Below, one piece after another: positions 12,461 to 21,700 of a stretch of DNA of 64,000 nucleotides. The stretch covers positions 23,064,001 to 23,128,000 of the forward strand of contig JBHGNT010000004.1 in NCBI GenBank assembly GCA_043228905.1, read 5' to 3'. Position numbers and translations under genes: made by a program. The stretch comes from Azolla caroliniana. Its lineage: Eukaryota > Plantae > Polypodiophyta. The first letter of the stretch is position 1. Each line of letters opens with the position of its first letter. The notes beneath the pieces are model-generated. The model ran no database searches, was not told where the DNA came from, and saw only the letters and a program-made list of their open reading frames with translations.

Positions 12461-12526
12461 GGATTTTTAGAGAGGGCTATCAAGGCGTGGGGCTGTGATA
12501 GTCCGGACACCCCGGAAAAACCCCAC
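12461..12526 (+). promoter_or_regulatory. Putative -1 programmed ribosomal frameshift signal (slippery heptamer plus H-type pseudoknot)
   Basis: G GAT TTT (12461-12467) immediately before the gag-pro TAG; 6-nt spacer. Stem 1 GGGCTATCA (12474-12482) / TGATAGTCC (12496-12504). Loop GTGGGG (12487-12492) pairs with CCCCAC (12521-12526). The -1 frame is open downstream. Confidence 0.75.
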
Positions 12527-14803
12527 AAGTGTACAGTAGGGAAGAAGACCTATACCATAGGTAGGAAATTTTGGTTCTTCGACAGTGGGGGTGCTGCAGA
12601 GACTAGAAGGCGTGAGGCTCACCTTCTCCGGGGAAAAATCGGCCTTCGGGAAATCAGAGATCATGGTCGTCGGACACCTATGCGGGTCGGGCCGTATGGT
12701 AGGAAACCATCTCTGGCCAAGGTGGAAGCCATCTCCGCGATGAAGCATGACTGCAATTCGGTTACGGAGGTTCAGAGATTCTTGGGAGCATGCACGTTCT
12801 ACCATATCTGGATCCCGCATTACGCCCACGTCGCGGAGCCGCTGTATGGGTTGCTGAAGAAAGGGCGTAAATTTGAATGGGGAGACGAGCATACGGAGTC
12901 AATCCGAAAGATGAAGGAAGCACTTGCCACAGCACCGGCGCTCCGAAAGGCTGTCTACGGCAGAGACACTCCGATTTACGTAACCGTAGACACGAGCCCG
13001 ACCGGGATCGGATGGGTGATCAACCAAGAGGATGACGTTGGCACGAGGTTCCCCATCCAGTTCGGTGCGAAGGTCCTCAGTGAGCGACAGCGAGGATACG
13101 CCCAGGTTAAACGCGAACTCTGGGGTATCGTTTCGGCGGTGAAGGCCAATAAAGACTACCTGATCGGGACAGAGGTAATAATCAAGACAAACTGCCTGCC
13201 GATTCTTGGCATGGTTTCCGGATGCGCGACGTCGGACCTGGCGATGCTCAGGTGGATAGCGTACATCAAGTCCCTGAATTCGGAGATATGACACATTTCC
13301 GGAAAAGTCAATGCCATGGCCGACATGCTCTCAAGAGCAAGGTTCGAAAACGAGGACGGCATGGTTTCGGAGGACGAGGAAGTCGGCGTAGACTTCTTGA
13401 GGCGGCTTATGTAACAACCAGAAAGGGAAGCACTCCGGCGCTTAACGACTTCGACGAGAGCAAGTATGACGGGGAGTGGCTCCAAATCGGCGAGTTCCTA
13501 AGAACAATGACACCAGACGTGGTGTGGACGAAGGAAGAGACCAACAGGATCCGAAAGAAAGCGTACCGATTCTTCCTACGAGACGGGTACATATGGAAGC
13601 ACCCGAAGAAAAGGGACGGCATCCCGCTTCGAGTGGTGGCAAAGAAAGAGCAGCAGGAAGAGTTGTTGTCAGCATACCACGAGAGTTCCTGGGCCAGACA
13701 CCGCGGGACATGGGCCACGTTTGAGAAGCTAAAGGGAAAGTACTGGTGGTCGGGACGTGCATCCGTTCGTGACAACTTGCGAAAGCTGTCAGATGCACTC
13801 CATAGTCCGACACCGGGACGAGCTCCACCCAACTTACCCGCCGATCGTCCACTTCAAATGGATGGTGGATTTGGTGACAATGCCGATGGGGGTAGGACAG
13901 ATGCGGTATCTGGTGCTGGCTCGGGAGGATCTAACGAACCAGGTTGAAGGCTGAGCACTGCAGAACAAAACGACCGTGGCTGTGTGCCGGTTCCTAATCG
14001 AGGATGTGATATGTCGGTACGGGAGCGTAGGGAAGATCGTGGCTGACCGCGGAGAGTTGGATGCGCAAGAGGTTGAAGAGTTGTTTGACCGGCTAGGGGT
14101 CAAACTCTTGCTCACCACAGCGTACAATCCGGAGGCTAACAGGAAGGTGGAGCGCAGACACGGGCCGGTAGTCAAAGCGCTAGTACGGGCGTGCGGGGGC
14201 CAAGTTGGGAACTGACCACGACTGCTACCTTATGCCTTATGGGCGGACCGAACTACGCACAATTCAGTAACCGGGTTCATGCCAGCAAAGCTTATGTACG
14301 GACAGAAGCCGATCATGTCGACGGAACGGACGATCTCCTCATGGGCCACGGTGGACTGAAGAGATGAGATGAGCCGAGAGGAGCTGCTGGCGGCATGGAT
14401 TCGACAGCTCAAGCGGAGGCCGGAAGACGTGGAAAGAGCCACGGAGAAGCTTCGGTTGGCAAGGTTGAAGAACAAAGGGCGATTTGACCGGACTCACCGA
14501 TTGCGACCGAAGAAAATCGAGGAAGGTGACTGGGTCCTAGTGTATGACAACAACCTCGACAACCAGCACAGGGCGACGTGAAAGTTTGCAAGGAGGTGGT
14601 TCGGGCCTTACGCGGTGACAAGCGCCAACGACAACGGGACCTACCATCTTGCGGAGCTCGACGGTACGAGGATGGCAATACCGGTAGCAGGGAAGAGGGT
14701 CAAAGCATTTAAGAAACGACACAAGTGCAAGCCGGATCTGGAAAGCGTGGACAGCGACGACGGACAGTCCGAGGTGAATGACGACCCGAAAGGCGAGGAG
14801 TAA
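12467..14803 (+). pseudogene. Gypsy C pol remnant: RT C-terminus only, RNase H, integrase
   Basis: The -1 frame is open 12467-13291 (includes ORF 12680-13291, RNase H). RT tail VLQRLEGVRLTFSGEKSAFGKSEIMVVGHL at ~12590-12680, no YxDD. Integrase fragments 13400-14800 with CGA>TGA stops. Confidence 0.85.
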
Positions 14804-14878
14804 AGCATGGACCGGTTTTCTCCGGCAAGAGCCCAATTTTGGCGCATACCGGTGGATGCGCGGTTAGGTGGGGGCGGA

Positions 14879-15573
14879 TGTCGTGAAGAAAACCGTCCCT
14901 AGGCGGAAACCGAATTTAGCGTGTGTAAACCGGCCCTTACACGTGAGCACACTTTCGTTGTATAGTAAGTAGGTAGGTACAAGTCGGTTGAGATGAAATC
15001 CTAGGTAGCACGCATTCAATAGGGAGAGAATCGAGGTGTATCTCTGTCCGAAAGGACAGAGAATTAATATGATGTAACGAATGATAACGGCCTCCCTCCT
15101 TGGGCTATAAAAGAGAGGGAGAGGAATAAAAAGGGATCGGTTTTTTTTTGTGGAGGACGAAGAGCTGTCGGACTGGGACCGAGCTCTTCTCCTCCTTCTT
15201 TCTCTATATTCGCTGGGCGCAGGTTTTCGGGGAGGCGAACTCTGCTTCGTGGAACGCCCGTGTGCTTCCAGCAGAGTCTCCATCTCGCTCTTCTACATGT
15301 GAGTAAACAGGCGTCGGCGTTCGCTTTGTCGGCCTGTTAGTTGTAACCGTCTTGATATACACATACAAATTAATATACATACGTGTTCATATACTCAAAC
15401 TTCTAGTCGTCTCGTTTTGTTGTGTTGATGCATTGTGATTCCTGTGTGCCCTGCGTCTGTGTGCGTGCAAGTGTGTCTGTTGCCTTCCCGTTCCCCTCCT
15501 TCCCAGCTATTTCTCGGTCCAAGACCCCGGTGGTCCCGCCTCATTCTACACGCACGCGCGTGACAACGCAACA
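14879..15573 (+). repeat. 3' LTR of Gypsy C
   Basis: Preceded by PPT AGGTGGGGGCGGA; ends GCAACA followed by TSD tccgt. Confidence 0.95.
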
Positions 15574-16034
15574 TCCGTACGTACGAAACGGCTCTAGAAG
15601 TCTGATTGTCATCATCCTATACGTGGATAATCTGGTCATTGGAGGAGAAAGTCTAGTCGACATCGACAATGTCAAGTCCCTCCTCTCCGACAAATTCGAG
15701 ATGATGGACATGAAGGAGCTCCATTACTTCCTTGGCATCGAGGTAATACGAACTCCTACCGGCATTATGATCTCTTAACGGCACTACATCCTCAACTTGT
15801 TATACAAGTTCAGGATGAGTGAGTGCAAATCTGTGGCAACCCCTCTTGATCAAAACCTCAAACTGGATGCCGACTCCGGCACCACAGAGAGTGAGCCGAC
15901 TCAGTATTGACAAATGATCGGGAGTCTCATCTACCTCACGATCACTCGACCCGACCTGAGCTATCTGGTCGACCTCCTTAGCCAATTCATGCAAACTCCA
16001 TGAGATATCCATTTGGATTGTGCTAAGCGAGTGC

Positions 16035-16929
16035 TAGCGATGGGCCCGGTTCAATTTTGGTTCGATTCGGTTTCTTGGCCTTAAAACCAAACCAAACCAT
16101 TTATTAATAATAAAAATCAAACCAAATTGTTTTAAATTTTATGAAACCATTTAAACCAAACTGTTTACGAAAAATTTAAAACCAAAACAAACCGGTTTGT
16201 CATAAATCAAAACCAGACCATTTTTTATTGATATTGATCATCATACTTATTATAAATTTATGTGAGAAAATCATCATAAATTTTGTCATCATACTCATCA
16301 TAAATTTTGTCATCATACTTATCATAAATTTTGTCATCATACTTATTATAAATTTGGTCATCATACTTATCATAAATTTGATCATTATACTTATCATAAA
16401 TTTGGTCATCATACTTATCATAAATTTGGTCATCATACTTATCATAAATTTGATCATTATACTTATTATAAATTTGATCATTATACTTATCATAAATTTG
16501 ATCATTATACTTATCATAAATTTGATCATCATAAATGAAAAGGACACTCTACATATAATACATATAATCATAAATTTGATCATCATACTTATCATAATTG
16601 ATCATCATAAATGAAAAGGAGACTCTACATATAATACATATAAATTTTAATAAGTTAAAACAAGAGTTTAAAATTAAAAATTGAAAAGTTAGAGCCTATA
16701 GAGAATATTTTTGAGTATTTTTTAACCTATAAGCCTTTAAACCGAACCACATAAACAGAAACCGATAAGCCCCAATAAACCAATAAACCGGTAAATTCAA
16801 AACCCAACCGAAACCGATTAGTAACATTTGAAACCAAACCAAACTGTTTATTTATCTTTGAACCTATAAATCATTAAGCCACGGTTTTTTGGTTCGGTTC
16901 GGTTTGAACCGAAACCAGGCCCATTGCTA
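16035..16929. mobile_element. Non-autonomous hAT-type DNA transposon (copy 1) inserted in Copia B RT/RH
   Basis: TIRs TAGCGATGGGCCCGGTT / AACCAGGCCCATTGCTA; 8-bp TSD gcgagtgc (16027-16034) / gcaagtgc (16930-16937); many subterminal AAACC/GGTTT motifs. Confidence 0.9.
16235..16640. repeat. 24-bp minisatellite (ATCATYATACTTATCATAAATTTG) inside hAT copy 1
   Basis: About a dozen head-to-tail units plus a duplicated AAATGAAAAGGA-ACTCTACATATAATACATA block; explains the Ile-rich spurious ORFs. Confidence 0.9.
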
Positions 16930-17532
16930 GCAAGTGCTACGATACGTGAGTGGAATGATGGAATATGGTATTCTCTATAAGTCGACCATGCCAATTCAAC
17001 TCGAAGGGTACATAGATGCTGACTGGGCTGGCTATAGAGCTAACCGCCAATTGACCTCCGGATTTTTTTTCTCCTTCGGCAGCAAAGCAATCTCCTGGAG
17101 TAGCAAGAAACAACCAATTGTCGCTCTTTCGAGCATAGAGGCTGAATACAGGGGCTCGGCAGTGGTTGCATATGAAGTCGTATGGCTCAAAAGGATATTG
17201 AAGGATCTAGGCGTTCTCATCAAAGATCTGATTCTCCTTTACCACGACAACATGAGTAGTATTCATCTAGCTCGGAACCTGGTGTTCCACACACACACGA
17301 AGCATATCCAAGTGCACTATCACTTCATTCGAGAGCGCGTTCAAGCTGGAGATGTCGACCTTCAATACATTAACACACGAATCTTCAGCCAATCGACGTC
17401 TTCACCAAAGCACTAGGAGCCGACAAGCTTCGGTAATTCATGTCAGACCTTAGATTGATTATCCCTGACTTGTCAAGCTTGAGGGGGAGTACGTCCGAAC
17501 CAGGTTCCAACCGAAGCAGACATGGACGTTGT

Positions 17533-18225
17533 CGTAGTGTATTTCGTACACTACATGAAAAACTTATAAAGTAACGTTTTAGTAAATATGAAGAAATAGA
17601 AGAAAATGTCAAAATAAATAATACATGCATAGGGCAAGATTCAAACCTTGCACCTCCATGTTAATAATGTGAAACCTTACCATTACACTAGCATTTCATT
17701 AGTGTTAAAAAAAGTAGATGTCCTACATAGAAAGGTAAGTTCACCTAGGATAAACTTTAGTTAAAAGAAAAACGCATGCTAAAAGAAAAAGCTACGCATG
17801 CACATCTAGCGTGCATGAACGTTATAGTCAATAAAGAACGCGCAAGTTAGAAAAAAAGCATGATCACTTTAGATAAAGCATATAGTCTATCTATAGTTAG
17901 AGGAAAAGCATGGATTACTAAGACTCCCTCATCACTTCATAAGGATGGGGAGCACAATGTAAGGGGGTGTGTGAAATACTTGGAAATTGGATATATTTCC
18001 TAAAACACCAATTAATAAAATATTATCGTGGGATTCACGAAGTTTTATATAATCCATCTCTTTCAATCTATGCTAAATTGTTATTAAGATTCTAAATATT
18101 AATAAATCTAATAATCTATACTTGTGGGATTCACAAGTTTTTAATTGATGAATAAAATTCATTATACTTGTGGGATTCACAAGTTTTCTATATCTTTTTC
18201 TTATAATCTATTTATATTGATAACT
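17533..18225. mobile_element. AT-rich insertion of unclear class in the 3' UTR of Copia B
   Basis: Abrupt GC drop between two GC-rich stretches. Terminal hairpin GTAGTGTA-TTTCG-TACACTAC; three CTTGTG-GGATT-CACAAG-like palindromes near the right end. Boundaries approximate. Confidence 0.45.
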
Positions 18226-18374
18226 AAACTCGTCTCAAATTCTTCCTCCTCCTAGTCCAAAACCCCGGCAGTTCCCACCCGACTCACGCAAGCGATCCGG
18301 AGCCGAAAGGCACGACCACATACCGGGTACCATCCAAAGCGGACAAGCTGACCAAAGTTGAGCTTGAGGGGGCA

Positions 18375-18697
18375 TGTTGAGAATCAAGCTCAAACTAACC
18401 TAGTGTGTGAACACGCCCTTGAGAGTGTATGAACACTCAAAGGTCAAAAGTCACACCACTACTCTTTACACATTAATTATGTGTCATAGAATCATATTCT
18501 ATGGCACATAACTAATGAGTTTCCACATTCCCCATGACCCATAAGCTTCGGTAGTTAATGAAGAGAGAGAGTGACTATATAAAGCACTCTCCTCCTACCT
18601 TGTAATATGTCGGTTAATCTCCTTTGTAATATACAATCTTCTTGAGTATTTCTATTTTTCTATCTATCTTGTGTTTCTCTCCTCTCCTCTCCTCTCC

Positions 18698-18733
<36 letters not shown>

Positions 18734-18760
18734 AACACACATCTTTAACCTATTCCGCTG
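18375..18760 (+). repeat. 3' LTR of Copia B
   Basis: CTTGAGGGGGCA PPT followed by TGTTGAG; TATATAAA at ~18576; CT/CA microsatellite; probable end TCTTTAAC at ~18760. Confidence 0.65.
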
Positions 18761-21700
18761 CACAAGAATCACCATCGATTCTTCATAGTATGTGATGCAA
18801 CTTAGATGCAAGTCCTTCAAACAAAAAAGCTCAAAGATCCCAAGTGTGAAAAAGCAAACTTTTTTGAATCCCAACTCGAAGAAACCCGAACATAGTAGGG
18901 GGTGTCACGAGGAGAATGACACTAGTGTTGCCATGTGAACTTGAATTAATTAAAATAAGACATGTGCTACCAACCACATGTGTAACTAAAGAGGAGTTTG
19001 AACAATGAAAGTTGAAACCACCGAAAGAAGAAAGAAGAGCTTTGATTTCAGAGCTTGATAAACACATAAATATATGAGGGATAAAGCCAAGTAAATGGTT
19101 TGATAGTTTTATTTGGAGTGATAAACCACGCCAAGATGTTTCAAGGTGCATGAATAGACTCTTACCAAACTGAACATTAAAATTTAAATGTATTTGGTCA
19201 AGGGATTTGAAGAGAAGAACTATGTAAGGTTCAAGAGCCTTGAAGAATTCTGGGCATAGTGGCCAAAGTATGGTGTAGAATCTAGATACACCATATTTTT
19301 GGCAAGACCTAAATATTCACAATTGTTGTATTATTGTGCAAGAAAACCTGCCAAACAACTACCTAGTGGAAAACCCTTTGCAACCAAGTTCACCGACTTG
19401 AGTATGCAAACAACATATGTATGGAGGTTCCACTCAATTCAAAGAGATTGGCCATTTATCATAATTTTTTACAAGAATATACACCTTTAATATATTCAAA
19501 CTGATGTAATTGAGGAATATTCCAATATGAAAGATTTATTGCTTTTCTATTGGTAGATTATCAGAGCTCTATTGATTAAATATTTTCATGATTATGGTAA
19601 TAGGGTTAATATTTGTATCTTACCAAGTAATTGATTACATGGAAAATATTAGAATACAAAATCCTATGGTAATTTATCAGTACAATGATTGATTTTGTGC
19701 AAAATACCAAAGTGTCTTTGGCATGTGCAAAATACCAAACAAGATGGTTCTCTGCAAATAACCATAGTAATTAAACTTTTACAAAAAGCTAGTGTAATTA
19801 AACATGTGCAAACCCTCTAAATGATTGGCCTTATGCAAGAGATTAGATTGATTAAATCTGTGCAAAACACTAGATAATATGATTTTGAGCAAAAAACTAT
19901 AGTGATTGAACTTGGAAAAAAGTCAAAGCAATTGATCTTGTGCAAAATAACAGAATATTTGACTCTATGCAAAACACAAGAGTGATTAATTCCATGCAAA
20001 ATACCAAACAGGATAATTTTGTGCAAATAAGTTAATAACCATAGTAATTAAACTTGTACAAAAAGACAAAGTAATTGAACCTCACCAAAATAACAAAATA
20101 ATTGACTCATAATTGGAGGAAGTTTGTCCCAACAACAATTGGAACAAGTTTATTGAATATCTATATTATAAAAGAATTGTGTTCAAAATACAATTGATGT
20201 CTTTATTAAATAAAACAAAAAATACCTTGTAGAAGCTACAATAGGTCTCAAAATACGATAATTGTTGGTCTCTAGTGATGATGATAGTTTTGAGCAAAAC
20301 AAACCATTGTTATTAACCATGGAGACATTAATAGATTTTATTTTATTTTCCAAAAAAACACTACTTCCCATTAGTTAGCAAACAAAGTACATCAAAGACC
20401 AACAAATTTCAACAAAACTCACTCTGGCCTTCTCACCAAAGTGATCATAGTCCCCACCTCCTCTTTTACAACAAAAGTATCCCATCAACTCTTTTAATTA
20501 CCATGTTAAAAGAGTTGATGGGATACTTTAGGGTTTGGTGTTGTAAATGGTAGAGTTTTTAACACCATTAATTAGGTACCAACAAAAAAGGCCTAAGAAT
20601 TTCAAAATTGGAAAGTTGGTTTATCACGGAGACTTTCACAAAGATGTTGCAAGTCTTTGTGTTCCCCTCAATAGGGTAATGGCATGGGTCAATGGTACAA
20701 AAACATTGCTATAAAGTTAATGTGAATATAGAATATTACAAGCCCTCCAAAAGGGTAAATCCATAGCTTAGTGGTACAAATGTTTGTTTTAGATGGTTTC
20801 TAATTGCTCCCTCAAATATGTTTAACAAATATTTACATAATCATAGGATGAACTAGTTGATACTACCTTGAGAATTACTTCATTTGATTTATTTATTGTC
20901 AAAAGAAATTGTATGTCTAAAACACAAGCTTTTTGGACCATTTATAATAATCTTCTTTTCATGCCTAGAAATGTGAATACCTCCTTCTCTCTAACGTACT
21001 TAATGAAACATATTCCGAGTGTATTAGTCCTTTGCTATTATATTATTATCAATATTTCAACCTTTTGTAACTAAAATAATCTTAGGATCATGAAATTTTC
21101 AACATGTATGTTTATCCCTTTTTCAAATACATAAATACAAGGTTTAATGATCTACTTAGAAAATGTGACGTAAGGTGAATCAGGTGAGATTTCTCCGTTA
21201 TGACCCATTGATGGAATCTTTAAATGCTATCTAGATGACAATATTTTTTTAAATAAAATTAGTTAGGATTTTGTTGCTACTACATGTGATAAAAAAAAAA
21301 TTGTTTGTCGCAAATATATTTTTCTTTTAAAGACTTTTGCGGATAACCTCAAAGAAAGGAAATACACACTACCCCATAATACCATTCAAGGCAAGCAAAA
21401 GTTAATTATTTTACGTTATTCATGTTTTTTCCATGTGAGTTGAACATTCTTAAACACACTTTGTAGCTTTGGGTTGTTTTCACATTGTATGAGAAAAAAA
21501 CTATCACTTTCTATCATTTTCTAGGCAAAATGTCGGCGTTTAACGTCATATGTTACGCAATAACATTAAATGGTGGTGTCTCTACAATAGGATAAACAAT
21601 CCAAAGGTAAATGTCACCCTCACCTATAATATTTTTTCTATTGAGAATGCCAAGACATACAAAATTGTGGTGTAAGCGGTATGAAATAACTTATGTATAG

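Larger units (their letters stand above)
4910..12470 (+). pseudogene. Gypsy C gag-protease ORF (interrupted by Copia D, premature stops and one frameshift)
   Basis: ORFs 4883-5509 and 5633-6046 share a frame (CGA>TGA stop). 6267-6683 carries the protease motif and rejoins across D as NVRVK|IGDVEIDRHFFV...VILGEPY, ending GDF-TAG at 12470. Confidence 0.85.
4171..15573 (+). mobile_element. Ty3/Gypsy (non-chromovirus) LTR retrotransposon C, RT-deleted, inserted in the RT of Copia B
   Basis: 695-bp LTRs at 4171-4865 and 14879-15573 (TG...CA). TSD cccgt (4166-4170) / tccgt (15574-15578). PBS 4870-4887 and PPT 14866-14878. Gag with CLWCDMVGHVRRDC, protease LVDHGSEIN, RNase H VDTS..RELW, integrase H-H-C-C, D-D-E and GPY; order PR-(RT)-RH-INT; no chromodomain. 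Confidence 0.93.
1726..18760 (+). mobile_element. Old degenerate Ty1/Copia element B (gag knuckle-PR-INT-RT-RH-3'LTR), host of four nested insertions
   Basis: Zinc knuckle ECGYCGILGH at ~1890; protease FVDSGAS at ~2098; GAG-pre-integrase LWHKRIGH...CGACQFGKQ; RT IGCKWIYKVK...HQMDVKNVFL. RT rejoins across C as DNSP|YVRNG..ILYVDN and across the hAT as AKRV|LRYVSG. RNase H GYIDADWAG at 16934-17416; PPT and LTR start TGTTGAG at 18375. Many stops and frameshifts. Right end approximate. Confidence 0.88.

Noticed and set aside
16200-16614. Ile/Met-rich ORFs and a CRISPR-like look of the 24-bp array
   Set aside because: Head-to-tail minisatellite with no unique spacers, inside a hAT element in a eukaryotic genome; the ORFs are translation artefacts.
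19500-20110. Loose TGCAAAATACCA-type repeats
   Set aside because: Too degenerate to define a unit or element; probably a decayed TE subterminal array.
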